Shown here piece after piece: positions 11,971 to 21,819 of a DNA stretch of 64,000 nt. The notes beneath the pieces are model-generated. The model ran no database searches. It was not told the origin of the DNA and worked only from the letters and a program-made list of their open reading frames with translations. Every line of letters starts with the position of its first letter. Within the stretch, counting starts at the first letter, position 1. Position numbers and translations under genes: made by a program. Source of the stretch: Polyangiales bacterium (GTDB lineage: Bacteria; Myxococcota_A; Polyangia; Polyangiales; Polyangiaceae); contig JBBRLQ010000036.1 of assembly GCA_038231275.1 (NCBI GenBank), positions 8,301-72,300 on the forward strand, given 5' to 3'.

Positions 11971-12231
11971 ATGAGTGAGAACACGAACGAGCACGTCGTC
12001 ACCGTCGAGAGCGCTACCAACGAAGACAAGAGCGCGAAGGAGACCGGCGCCACGCTGGTCGACGCGATCTTCGACATCGGTCTCACGTGGGCCGCGCACG
12101 GCCTCAAGGTCGCAAAGGGCGCGCTCGAGGCGAGCGGCAAGACGCTCGACACGACCGCCAAGACGCTCGATCGGATCGCCGACGAGCTCGCGAAGAAGGA
12201 AGACCGCGCGAAGGCGAAGGACGCGGCCTGA
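11971..12231 (+). CDS. Small helical hypothetical protein (86 aa)
   Basis: AGGAGG Shine-Dalgarno sequence; typical codon usage; Ala/Lys-rich amphipathic helix. Confidence 0.7.
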   Translation: MSENTNEHVVTVESATNEDKSAKETGATLVDAIFDIGLTWAAHGLKVAKGALEASGKTLDTTAKTLDRIADELAKKEDRAKAKDAA

Positions 12232-12260
12232 GGCCACCTTCGCGCATTCGTGGCGCGTTT

Positions 12261-13007
12261 CTACCCGAGACGCTGCGGCTCGCCCGCAGGGAGTAGCGCC
12301 ACCAGCGCGTCCCGTGCTGCGTCCACGCGGGCGACGTCGCGACCGTCGAAGGTGAGCTTCGTCTTGTACGACGGGTCCATCCACTTCGGATACGACCCGA
12401 CGTCCACGTCGGGAAAGCGCGCGACGACCTGGTCGAGGAGCGGCTTGAGGTCGCCCTCGTCCATGCGCGTGTAGACTGCACGCGATACGAACGGCGGGGC
12501 TCCGTCCGCGATGCGCGCGACGACGACCGGCAGCTTCATGCGGAACACCTCGGGGATGCCCGGCATGATCCAGGTGTTCCGCATGCGCACGGTCGGCCAG
12601 CGCACCTCCTCGGTCGCCTCGAGCTCCGCTCCTTCGGGGATGAGCGCCATTCGCAGGTGCCCTTCGGTGACGCGGTCGCCGTAGTGATCCCTCAGCATCT
12701 GCTCCATCGGAGGTGAGATCACCGCGCGCACGTCGAACGCGGCGGCGACCGCCTCGATGGTCACGTCGTCGTGGGTGGGGCCGACGCCGCCCGACGTGAA
12801 GAGCCAATCGTGCGTCGCCGAGAGCGCGCGCACCTCTCGCGCGATCTCGGCCTTGTCGTCCAGGATCGTGACGACACGGCGGAGCTCTACGCCCAGCGCG
12901 CGCAGCGTCCGCGCGAGGACCGCCACGTTCGCCTCCTCGACCTTGCCGGAGAGGAGCTCGTTTCCGATGACGAGCGCGGCGGCCGTCTTTGCCCGCAGAT
13001 GCTGCAC
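12261..13007 (-). CDS. CinA N-terminal/COG1058 molybdopterin-binding-fold protein (no PncC domain)
   Basis: VIGNELLSG, TSGGVGPTHDDVT, MPGIP, VGSYP. Confidence 0.85.
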   Translation of the reverse strand: MQHLRAKTAAALVIGNELLSGKVEEANVAVLARTLRALGVELRRVVTILDDKAEIAREVRALSATHDWLFTSGGVGPTHDDVTIEAVAAAFDVRAVISPPMEQMLRDHYGDRVTEGHLRMALIPEGAELEATEEVRWPTVRMRNTWIMPGIPEVFRMKLPVVVARIADGAPPFVSRAVYTRMDEGDLKPLLDQVVARFPDVDVGSYPKWMDPSYKTKLTFDGRDVARVDAARDALVALLPAGEPQRLG

Positions 13008-13074
13008 CGCCCGATGATAACTCCACATTTGCCAGATTTGCGGCCCGGTCGGGGGCCCCGTAGTAAGATCTGCG

Positions 13075-13491
13075 ATGGGTATGCGTAAGCTCCTCGTCGT
13101 CGAAGACTCCGCGGCGGCCCGCGCGCTGGTGCGAGGCATCCTCGAGGATCCGGCCTTCGCGGATCGGTTTGGCGGCTGCGAGGTCGTCGAGGCGACCTGC
13201 GGCTTCGACGCGATGCGCCTGCTCCCGCGCGGCAAGTTCGACCTGATCATCACCGACATCAACATGCCGGACATCAACGGCCTCGAGCTCATCCACTTCA
13301 TCCGCAAGAGCGAGCACCACAGGGACACGCCGCTCGTCATCATCTCGACGCAGGCGACCGAGCGCGACGTCGATCGCGGGCTCGCGCTCGGCGCCAACGC
13401 CTACGTTCGCAAGCCCTTCACGCCCGAAGAGCTGCGAGCCGCGATCGGCGGGCTCCTCGCTCCCGGTGCGCCCCTCGACAAGGGCGCGTGA
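13075..13491 (+). CDS. cheY: CheY-like single-domain response regulator
   Basis: VVEDS, IITDINMPDING, KPF; directly upstream of cheA. Confidence 0.9.
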   Translation: MGMRKLLVVEDSAAARALVRGILEDPAFADRFGGCEVVEATCGFDAMRLLPRGKFDLIITDINMPDINGLELIHFIRKSEHHRDTPLVIISTQATERDVDRGLALGANAYVRKPFTPEELRAAIGGLLAPGAPLDKGA

Positions 13492-13494
13492 CCG

Positions 13495-15711
13495 ATGGCG
13501 GAGCTCGGCGGCGGACGGGGGGACGGCGGCGACAAGGCGCGTGAGGAGTTCTTCTCCGAAGCGCAGGAGATCGTCGACGGCCTGAGCCGCGATCTTCTCC
13601 TCCTCGATCAGATCGTCAAGCGGAAGAGCAGCGACCCCGAGCTCGTCAACGACGTCTTCCGCGCCGTGCACACGATGAAGGGCCTCTCGGGGCTCTTCGG
13701 CGCGACGATGATGAGCGGGCTCTCGCACGAGCTCGAGGATCTCCTCGACGATCTTCGCCTGGGGCGCATCGAGCTTTCGGAGCAGGTCCTCGATCTGCTG
13801 TTCCAGTCCGTCGAGCTCTACGGGCGCATCCTGTCGGCGGTGAAGGGCGATGGGCCCGAGCCGGCCACCGAGGTGAAGGCGCTCCTCGTCAAGCTGGGGC
13901 AGGTCTCGCAGCAGCGCGAGGGGGGCGGGCCGAGCTTCGTCGCGCAATACGAGCTCGATCCGGGGCTCCTCGGCGTGCTCACCGAGTACGAGGAGCACCG
14001 CCTCCGCGCGAACATCCAGTCCGGTCTGTCGCTCTTTCGCATCCACGTGCAGTTCTCGCTCGCGTCGATCGACTCGTCGCTCGACGACCTCAAGGCGCGG
14101 GCGCGGCCGCACGGGGAGATCATCACCTACCTGCCGACGGGGACGGGCGGCGACATCGAGACGATCGAGCTCGAGATCCTCCTCGCGAGCCGCGCGCCGA
14201 TCGAGCAGCTTCGCGCGGCGATCAGCGGTCCGAACGTCTCGATCGACGAGGTGCGACGGCGCGACGAAGGGCCGGCCTCGGCGGTACCCTCGTCGCCGCC
14301 GCTGGATCCGTCGATGCCGTCGATCGCGCCGGCGCTCGCGGCGGAGATGTTCGCTCCGCCGCGCGACCTCGACTCGAAGAATCGCCAGCGCGCGACGGTG
14401 CCGCCGCAGCTCGCGTCGCTCGCTCCGCCGGCGGGGCAAGGCCAGGGCGCCCGTGGAGACCTGTCGCTGCGGTCGATCAGCCAGACCGTCCGCGTCGACA
14501 TCCGCAAGCTCGATCACCTGATGAACATCGTCGGCGAGCTGGCGATCGTGCGGACCGTGATGCTCCGCTTGACCGAGCGCGCTCGCGGACGCGCCGAGTG
14601 GCGAGAGCTCTCCGTCGAGCTCCAGCGCATGCACCGGACGTTCGACCGCCACCTCATGCAGATGCAGAACGGCATCCTCGAGGTGCGCATGGTCCCGCTC
14701 GGCCAGGTCTTCGACAAGCTGGCCCGCATCGTCCGGCAGATCTCACGCGAGCACGACAAGCAGGTCAACCTCGTCATCACCGGCGCCGAGACGGAGATCG
14801 ACAAGCTCATCGTCGAGGAGCTCTCCGATCCGCTCATGCACATGATGCGGAACGCGATCGATCACGGCATCGAAACGCGCGAGGATCGGCTCCGCGTCGG
14901 CAAGCCACCGGTAGGCACGATCGCGCTCAACGCCTTCCAAAAGGGGAACCACGTCGTGCTCGAGGTGGAGGACGACGGTGCGGGGATGGATCCGAACGTC
15001 ATCCGGCGCGCGGCGGTGCGCCTCGGCCTCGCGCAGCCCGAGGAAGCGCAGGCCATGACCTCGCGCGAGATCCTCGCGTTCGTGTTCACGGCGGGCTTCA
15101 CCACGAAAGAGGACGTGACGAACCTGTCCGGCCGCGGCGTCGGCATGGACGTCGTCAAGACGAACATCGCGGCGCTGGGCGGGATCGTCGACATCACGAG
15201 CGATGTCGGGATCGGAACGAAGATCACGATCACTCTGCCGATCACGCTGGCGATCATCAGCGTGCTCGTCCTTCACGTCAGCGGCCGCACGTACTGCATG
15301 CCGCTCGCGAGCGTGGAGGAGGCCATCGTCCTCGACGAGTCGCTCGTGCGGGTGGTCGAGGGGCGCGAGGTGATGACCGTGCGCGGCGCGACGCTGCCGA
15401 TCTGTCGCCTCTACAAGATGTTCGGTCACGAGCCGAAGGCGGACGGCGCCAAGTCGTACGTCGTCATCGGGCGCGTCGGCCTGCGCCGTCTCGGCTTCGT
15501 CGTGGACCGGCTCGTCGGTCAGCAAGACATCGTCATCAAGGCGCTCGGAAAATCTCTGAAGAACGTGAAGGGGTTCGCCGGCGCCACCGAGCTCGGCGAT
15601 CAACGCGTCGGCCTCGTGCTCGACGCGGCGGCGCTCCTCGACGAGGTGCTCGCCGGAAACGAGACGCGCCACGCCAGCACGATGGAAGGGAGCGCGCAAT
15701 GGCGCTCCTGA
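13495..15711 (+). CDS. cheA: Chemotaxis histidine kinase CheA
   Basis: Hpt FRAVHTMKG; VRVDIRKLD; NAIDHG; DDGAG; SGRGVGMDVV; C-terminal CheW domain. Confidence 0.97.
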   Translation: MAELGGGRGDGGDKAREEFFSEAQEIVDGLSRDLLLLDQIVKRKSSDPELVNDVFRAVHTMKGLSGLFGATMMSGLSHELEDLLDDLRLGRIELSEQVLDLLFQSVELYGRILSAVKGDGPEPATEVKALLVKLGQVSQQREGGGPSFVAQYELDPGLLGVLTEYEEHRLRANIQSGLSLFRIHVQFSLASIDSSLDDLKARARPHGEIITYLPTGTGGDIETIELEILLASRAPIEQLRAAISGPNVSIDEVRRRDEGPASAVPSSPPLDPSMPSIAPALAAEMFAPPRDLDSKNRQRATVPPQLASLAPPAGQGQGARGDLSLRSISQTVRVDIRKLDHLMNIVGELAIVRTVMLRLTERARGRAEWRELSVELQRMHRTFDRHLMQMQNGILEVRMVPLGQVFDKLARIVRQISREHDKQVNLVITGAETEIDKLIVEELSDPLMHMMRNAIDHGIETREDRLRVGKPPVGTIALNAFQKGNHVVLEVEDDGAGMDPNVIRRAAVRLGLAQPEEAQAMTSREILAFVFTAGFTTKEDVTNLSGRGVGMDVVKTNIAALGGIVDITSDVGIGTKITITLPITLAIISVLVLHVSGRTYCMPLASVEEAIVLDESLVRVVEGREVMTVRGATLPICRLYKMFGHEPKADGAKSYVVIGRVGLRRLGFVVDRLVGQQDIVIKALGKSLKNVKGFAGATELGDQRVGLVLDAAALLDEVLAGNETRHASTMEGSAQWRS

Positions 15712-16187
15712 CGCGGCGCGGGGCCGAGCCGCGCGCAGCGATGCGTCGCGCAGGGGAGCTCGGCAAGCGCACCGAGTACCTCACGTTCCTCCTCGCCACG
15801 GAGATGTACGCCGTGCCGATCGGCGTGATCGCGGAGATCTTGAAGCCCCCGCCCATCACCGAAGTGCCGCGGGCGGCGCGCCAGATCCTCGGCGTGATGA
15901 GCGTGCGCGGGCGGCTCGTCACGGTCGTCGACCTGCGCCGCAGGTTCAACCTCATCGAGGCGCCCATCGGTCCCAAGTCGCGCATCCTCCTCGTCGCCTC
16001 GGCCAGCGAGAACGATCCGATGGGCCTCCTCGTCGACGAGGTCGTGCAGGTGTACCGCCTCGCGGACTCCGAGATCGAGCAGGCCAGCGTGCTCGGCGGT
16101 GAGCAGCCGGCGCACATCGCAGGCATCGGACGTCCTACCGGCGCGATCCTCATCCTCCTCGATCTCAAACCGATCCTGGAGGGCTGA
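15699..16187 (+). CDS. cheW: CheW coupling protein 1
   Basis: YLTFLL..YAVPI, ITEVPRA, GVMSVRG, GLLVDEV. Confidence 0.9.
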   Translation: MALLTRRGAEPRAAMRRAGELGKRTEYLTFLLATEMYAVPIGVIAEILKPPPITEVPRAARQILGVMSVRGRLVTVVDLRRRFNLIEAPIGPKSRILLVASASENDPMGLLVDEVVQVYRLADSEIEQASVLGGEQPAHIAGIGRPTGAILILLDLKPILEG

Positions 16188-16190
16188 GCG

Positions 16191-16703
16191 ATGGGGCAGC
16201 GGCAGCGGCACGATCCCACGAAGAACCTCGTCGGCTTCATCGTCGGGGACGTCGAGTACGCCGTGGTCATCAGCCTCGTGCGCGAGATCTCCAATCCGCT
16301 CCCGATCGTGGCGCTCCCTCGCGCGCCCGCCGGGATCTGCGGGGTCGCCGATTTTCGAGGAGAGGTCGTCCCCGTCGTCGACATGCGCGCGCGCTTCGGG
16401 CTGCCCGAGACGGTCGCGACCCGGCGCACGAAATGGATCCTCGTGGACTTGGGCGGTCGTATCTCGGCGCTCATCGTGGACGCGGTCACCGACGTCTTCG
16501 GAGGTCTCGACATCAAGCCGGCGCCGGCGCTCGGGGGAGGGGAGGAGCACCGCGGCATCGTCGGCGTCGCCAAACACGACGGGGCCCTGGTGTTCGTGCT
16601 CGACGTGCGCCGCTTCCGGGATCTCACGGCGGATCTCGCGGAGAGCGGCGCGCTGGCGGCGAGCCTCGCGCCGCTCGGGCTCGTCCGGAAGGGGGGGACG
16701 TGA
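16191..16703 (+). CDS. cheW: CheW coupling protein 2
   Basis: LPRAP..GVADFRGEVVPVVDMR, LIVDAV. Confidence 0.9.
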   Translation: MGQRQRHDPTKNLVGFIVGDVEYAVVISLVREISNPLPIVALPRAPAGICGVADFRGEVVPVVDMRARFGLPETVATRRTKWILVDLGGRISALIVDAVTDVFGGLDIKPAPALGGGEEHRGIVGVAKHDGALVFVLDVRRFRDLTADLAESGALAASLAPLGLVRKGGT

Positions 16704-18751
16704 CGGCCGCGTCGATCGCGGCGCGCTTGTCCGACGTCGAGCCGGAGGCGCGGCGCGTCGCGACGCAGGAGATCGCGAAGCTGCGTGGCAAGGAAGCGGC
16801 GACGCTCCTCGTTCGGGCCCTCGCCGACGAGGACTGGCGGGTCCGCAAGGAGGGAGCGCAGGTCGCGGCGTCGGTGGAGCCGCGGCACCACGCGATCGCC
16901 GCGCTCGTCGCGGCCATGCACGACGGCGAGAACGTAGGGCTCCGCAACGCGGCGGTCGAAGCCCTCGTCGGCATCGGACAAGACGCGCTCCCGAGCGTCG
17001 TCGCCGAGCTCGCGAAGCTCGACGCGGACGGCAAGAAGCTGGCGATCGAGGTGCTCGGCGGTGTGCCGGATCCGCGCGGCGCGCGGGCGTTGTCGGAGTG
17101 CCTTCGTGATGTCGACGCGAACGTACGAGCGGCGGCGGCCGAGGCGCTCGGGCGCGCGGGGGCCAGCGGCGACGAAGCCCGCGAGCTCGCGTCGGCGGCC
17201 TTGGTCGTGGCGCTCGGTGACGGCGAGCCCAGCGTGGTGCTCGGCGTGCTCGAGGCGCTCGCGGCGCTCGAGGCGCGCGTTCCGTGGTCGCGGCTCGCGC
17301 CGCTCGCGCGCGATCCGTTGCTCCGGCGCTACACCCTCTCGGCCGCCGTGACCTCGCGTGAACCGGCGGCGCTGGTCGCGCTCGCGGAGGCGCTCGCCGA
17401 CAAGGCCAACGCGACCGCGGCGCACGCGGCGCTCCTCCTCGGCGACGTGCTCCTCGAGGTGGACGACGAGGACGTCTTGTCGCAGATCCGCAGCGTGGTT
17501 GCGCCCTCGGATGCCGCGATTTCCCGCGCGCGGGCGTGGGCGCGCGAAGAGGACACGAGGCTGCGCGGCGCCGCGCTCGTCGTGCTCGGGCTTGCGCGCG
17601 CGGAGGAGGACGTGGCGCTGCTGGTCGACGCGCTCGCGGACGATGCGCTCGCAGAGCGCGCGGAGCTCGGGCTCACGCTCTTCGGGCAGCGTGCCGTCGC
17701 TCCCGCGCTCGCCGCGAGCCGCACCGCGTTGCCCGCCGCGCGCGGCGCGTCGATCTCGATGATGCCGATGCTCGCGCTCGGGCACGAATCGGACGTCGTC
17801 GCGCAGCTCCGCGAAGCGCTGCGTTCCCCGCAGCATGACGTGCTCGCCGGCGCGCTCAAAGGCATCGCCATCGCGGGTGGTGACGCGGAGCTCGTGGTCG
17901 TGGTCCCCCTCGCGAAGCACGACGACCCCAGGGTCGCGAGCGCGGCGCTGTCGGCGCTCTTCTCCATCGCCTCGCGGCAGCGAACGGCGGCGGCGAAGCT
18001 GCTCGGGACGCTGGAGTCCACCGGCGCGGATGCGGCGTGCGGGTGCGTCCTGATCGATGCGACGGCGCGCGGAGGGCGCCCGCCGACCGACGCGGATCTC
18101 GGATTTTTGCGGACGTCGCTCGCGCAGGGCAGCGTCCTCGCACGGAAGGCGGCCCTCGAGGCGCTCGCGACGATCGGCGGAGACGCCGCGGCGGAGGCGG
18201 CCTCGTTCGCGCTCGCCGACGAGGAGCTGGAGGTCGTGCTCATCGCCGTCCGCGCGCTGGGTCGCCTGCTGCGCGCGGAGCCGCTCGAGCGCCTCGCCGC
18301 GACGGCCACCGATCCGGCGCTCGTCTCCGCGGTGCTGCGCGCGCTCGGAGCGGCGGATCCCGAGCGCTTCATGGGCGCCGCGCTCCCGCTCGTGTCGAGC
18401 GCCCGACCGGAGATCGCGTGCGCGGCCGTCGAGGCGTTCGGACGAATGGATGGCCGCACGCGGGAGGACGGTCTCTTCGCGGCGCTCGATCACACCGATC
18501 CGGAGGTCGTGAAGCTGGCGCTCACCGAGGTGGCGCGCGTCCCCGACGCCCGCGCGCTCGCGCGACTCGGGATGTGCCTCGATCACTCCGGCGCCGACGT
18601 CCGCAGGCTCGCGGGAGAGCTCCTCGGCAACGCCGGCGGCGCCGGGGCCCAGGCGCTCCTCCGCGCCCGCCTCGTCCGCGAGCGCGATCCGGCGGTCCGC
18701 GCCGCGCTCACCGACGCGCTCATGACGCCGCCGCACGAGATCGTGGAGTAG
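16700..18751 (+). CDS. HEAT/PBS-lyase repeat protein within che cluster
   Basis: Repeated L.D....VR..A..ALG units; GTG overlaps cheW stop. Confidence 0.9.
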   Translation: MTAASIAARLSDVEPEARRVATQEIAKLRGKEAATLLVRALADEDWRVRKEGAQVAASVEPRHHAIAALVAAMHDGENVGLRNAAVEALVGIGQDALPSVVAELAKLDADGKKLAIEVLGGVPDPRGARALSECLRDVDANVRAAAAEALGRAGASGDEARELASAALVVALGDGEPSVVLGVLEALAALEARVPWSRLAPLARDPLLRRYTLSAAVTSREPAALVALAEALADKANATAAHAALLLGDVLLEVDDEDVLSQIRSVVAPSDAAISRARAWAREEDTRLRGAALVVLGLARAEEDVALLVDALADDALAERAELGLTLFGQRAVAPALAASRTALPAARGASISMMPMLALGHESDVVAQLREALRSPQHDVLAGALKGIAIAGGDAELVVVVPLAKHDDPRVASAALSALFSIASRQRTAAAKLLGTLESTGADAACGCVLIDATARGGRPPTDADLGFLRTSLAQGSVLARKAALEALATIGGDAAAEAASFALADEELEVVLIAVRALGRLLRAEPLERLAATATDPALVSAVLRALGAADPERFMGAALPLVSSARPEIACAAVEAFGRMDGRTREDGLFAALDHTDPEVVKLALTEVARVPDARALARLGMCLDHSGADVRRLAGELLGNAGGAGAQALLRARLVRERDPAVRAALTDALMTPPHEIVE

Positions 18752-18753
18752 CG

Positions 18754-19632
18754 GTGCGCAAGAGCTCGCTGTTCGGCCCCAGTGACATCCCGCTGAAGCC
18801 GGAGGAGTACCGGCTCCTCCGCGATTTGTTCGTCGCCAAGATCGGCGTCCACTTCGGCCCCGAGGCGCGCTTCTCGCTCGAGCGCCGCCTCCGCGAGCGC
18901 CTCGGCGCGCTCAAGCTCTCGACGTTCGCGGAGTACTACCAGTACCTGCGCTTTCATCCGCTCGCGATGGCCGAGTGGGAGGAGGCCGTCGAGCTCCTCA
19001 CGACGAACGAGACGTATTTCTTTCGCGAGGACTACCAGCTCCGCTCGTTCAAGACCGAGCTCTTGCCGATGCTCGCCGCCCAGGCCCGCCCGAGGAAGCG
19101 CCTCGCGATCTGGAGCGCAGGGTGCTCGACCGGGGAGGAGGCGTACACGATCGCGATCCTCGTCCGTCAGTCGGGCCTCTTCGTCGGATGGGACGTGCGC
19201 GTGTACGGGTCGGATCTCAGCAAGCGGTGCGTCGCATCGGCGCGCAAGGGCATCTATGGCGCCGGAGCCTTCCGTGCGACGCCCGACGACGTGAAGCGCG
19301 AGTTCTTCGTCGTCACGCGGGATGGGCACCAGGTCTCGGACCCCATCCGTGCCATGTGCCAGTTCGGGCAGATGAACCTCCTCGACAAGGACAAGGCGCG
19401 CCTCCTCGGCCGCGCCGACGCCATCTTCTGCCGCAACGTCCTCATCTACTTCGACACCGAGAAGCGCCGCCACGCCATCGACACGTTCCATGAGCGCCTT
19501 TACTCGGGCGGCGTCCTCCTTCTCGGACACTCCGAGTCGCTCCTCAACGTGTCGACGGCGTTCGAGCTCCTCCATCTGAAAGAGGATCTCGTCTACCGGA
19601 AGCCCAAGCCCTTCGCCCCGGGCACCGAATAG
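18754..19632 (+). CDS. cheR: Protein-glutamate O-methyltransferase CheR
   Basis: TTNETYFFRE, WSAGCSTGEEAY, IFCRNVLIYF, LGHSES. Confidence 0.95.
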   Translation: MRKSSLFGPSDIPLKPEEYRLLRDLFVAKIGVHFGPEARFSLERRLRERLGALKLSTFAEYYQYLRFHPLAMAEWEEAVELLTTNETYFFREDYQLRSFKTELLPMLAAQARPRKRLAIWSAGCSTGEEAYTIAILVRQSGLFVGWDVRVYGSDLSKRCVASARKGIYGAGAFRATPDDVKREFFVVTRDGHQVSDPIRAMCQFGQMNLLDKDKARLLGRADAIFCRNVLIYFDTEKRRHAIDTFHERLYSGGVLLLGHSESLLNVSTAFELLHLKEDLVYRKPKPFAPGTE

Positions 19633-19656
19633 GGTACGGTCGATAGAAGCGCGTAC

Positions 19657-20748
19657 ATGACTGCACCGTTACCGCCCATCCGGCTCTTGATCATCGACGA
19701 TTCGGCGTACAACCGCCGCAACATCGCCGACGTCTTCGCGAGCACGCCGGAGGTCGAGGTGGTCGGCAAGGCGGCCGACGGCGAGGAGGCCCTTCGCCTC
19801 GTCACGATGCTGAAGCCGGACGTCATCACGCTCGACCTCGAGATGCCGCGGATGGATGGCTTCACGTTCCTCCGCATCTTGATGAGCAAGCAGCCGACGC
19901 CGGTGATCGTCGTCTCTTCGTATTCGCAGAAGGAGAACGTCTTCAAGGCGCTCGAGATCGGCGCGCTCGATTTCGTCGCGAAGCCGACCGCCCAGATCGC
20001 GCCCGACGCGACGGAGGTGCGCGAGCAGATCCTCGCGAAGGTTCGCCTCGTGCGCAGCCTCCGCCCGACCTTCACGGCGCCGTTGTCGCAGCGCGGCCGC
20101 GGGATGAGCGGCTCGTTCAACGTGGACGGGCGGCCGCAGGTCGAGGGCGCGGCGCAGCCGAGCGAGAAGTACGTCACGCCGAAGCACCTCGTTGCGATCG
20201 CGAGCTCGACGGGCGGCCCCAGCGCGCTGCTCGAGATCTTCAGCAAGATCCCGCCGACGTGGAGCGGCGGCCTCGTCGTCGCGCAGCACATGCCCGACAA
20301 GTTCACGCGCACCTTCGCCGAGCGCCTGGACAAGAAGGGGCCCGTGCGGACCTCGGAGGGACAGGACGGCGACGCCGTCGCGCGGCTCACCGGCTTCGTG
20401 TGTCCCGGACGCCAGTGCATGGAGGTCGCGCTCGTCGGTCACGAGTATCGCCTTCGCGTCGGCCCGGCGACCGCGAACGATCGCTACGTGCCGAGCGCCG
20501 ATCGCCTCCTCAAGAGCGCGGCGGCGGCGGCGGGGCCTCGCGCGGTCGGCGTCATCCTCACGGGAATGGGGGACGACGGCGTCGAAGGGGCGAAGGCGAT
20601 CCGCGACGTCGGCGGGACCGTGATCGCCGAGGCGCAAGAGACCGCAGTGGTCTACGGCATGCCGGGCGCAGCGGTTCGCGCGGGCGTGCCGCATCGCGTT
20701 CTTCCCCTGCCCCTCATCGCGGATTTCCTCGCGAACCTGCCTGGCTGA
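19657..20748 (+). CDS. cheB: Receiver-methylesterase CheB
   Basis: REC domain TLDLEMP; SSTGGP, QHMP, LTGMGDDG catalytic motifs. Confidence 0.95.
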   Translation: MTAPLPPIRLLIIDDSAYNRRNIADVFASTPEVEVVGKAADGEEALRLVTMLKPDVITLDLEMPRMDGFTFLRILMSKQPTPVIVVSSYSQKENVFKALEIGALDFVAKPTAQIAPDATEVREQILAKVRLVRSLRPTFTAPLSQRGRGMSGSFNVDGRPQVEGAAQPSEKYVTPKHLVAIASSTGGPSALLEIFSKIPPTWSGGLVVAQHMPDKFTRTFAERLDKKGPVRTSEGQDGDAVARLTGFVCPGRQCMEVALVGHEYRLRVGPATANDRYVPSADRLLKSAAAAAGPRAVGVILTGMGDDGVEGAKAIRDVGGTVIAEAQETAVVYGMPGAAVRAGVPHRVLPLPLIADFLANLPG

Positions 20749-20807
20749 AGCGCGGACGCGAGGGCGCGGACCGGCCCTCGAGCCGATCGCGTGGTACGCT
20801 TCAGGCG

Positions 20808-21785
20808 ATGCGCGCTGCTGCCCTCGTCGTGTGGCTGCTCGGTGCGGCGGGGCTCGCGAGCGCGTGCACGTCGCTGAGCGGCCTCTCCGAGCCGGGTCCC
20901 GTCGCGACCGACGGCGGCGCGGACGGATCGGAAGGCGGCGGAGAGACTCCGGTCGAAGGCGGGGCCGCCTGCACGCGGCCGAACGCGACCGCCGAGATGG
21001 TCGATGGCGTGTGCACCGTTCGCGCGTGCAATCCCGGCTACAAGGACTGCCGCGGCGGCCCCGCGGACGGCTGCGAGACGTTCGTTCGCGGCGGCGATCT
21101 CGCGAACTGCGGCGACTGCGCGTTGGCGTGCGTCGCGCCCCACGCTCAGGTGGCGTGCGACACCGGTGGCACTTGCACGATGGGCGCGTGCGCCGCGGGA
21201 TACGGCGACTGCAACAAGACCGCGGCCGATGGCTGCGAGACGTCGCTCCTCTCGAGCGATCCGGCGCACTGCGGCGCGTGCAGCAAGGCGTGCCTCTTGG
21301 CTCAGTCGTGCGCCACCGGCGCGTGCGGCGACGACACCGTCACGTGCTCGAGCAACGGGGTGGCCTGCGCCCAGGCGTCGTGCAACCAGGCCGGGCGCTA
21401 CGCGGTGACGACCGACGTCGTCGTCGACCTGCAGAACGGACGACGACTCTGGCAACGCGGCCTCCAGGCACCTGCCGTCTACGACGTCGCGGGAGTGTTC
21501 TGCGCGAACCTCGTCCTCGCGGGCCTCAAGAGCTGGCGCCTGCCGTCGTACACGGAGCTCGCGACCCTCCTCTATCAACAGGGAGGCCTGAGCGGCTGCC
21601 CGACGTGCGATCCCGCCACCGATCAGGCCGCGTTCCCGGCAGTGCCGAGCTCGGCGACGGTGTGGACGACCGAGCTCTACATGCCGAGCATCTACCAGAC
21701 GGTGAACTTCTGCGACGGCCGGAAGAAATACCCGACCGACATCACGACCCCGACCGCGTTCCGCTGCGTACACGATCCGATCTGA
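20808..21785 (+). CDS. Cys-rich lipoprotein with C-terminal DUF1566 (Lcl C-terminal-like) domain
   Basis: Lipobox LASAC; DC....ADGCET....NCG.C repeats; LWQR, WRLPSYTEL, FRCV. Confidence 0.8.
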   Translation: MRAAALVVWLLGAAGLASACTSLSGLSEPGPVATDGGADGSEGGGETPVEGGAACTRPNATAEMVDGVCTVRACNPGYKDCRGGPADGCETFVRGGDLANCGDCALACVAPHAQVACDTGGTCTMGACAAGYGDCNKTAADGCETSLLSSDPAHCGACSKACLLAQSCATGACGDDTVTCSSNGVACAQASCNQAGRYAVTTDVVVDLQNGRRLWQRGLQAPAVYDVAGVFCANLVLAGLKSWRLPSYTELATLLYQQGGLSGCPTCDPATDQAAFPAVPSSATVWTTELYMPSIYQTVNFCDGRKKYPTDITTPTAFRCVHDPI

Positions 21786-21819
21786 TCGCTGGGCCGTCAT
21801 CGCGCTACATTGAGGATCG

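Noticed and set aside
15536..18736. 1066-aa minus-strand ORF (and similar long Arg-rich ORFs such as 49715-52957, 11902-14652, 60153-62375)
   Set aside because: Stop-poor shadow frames typical of high-GC DNA, opposite well-supported genes, with no motifs
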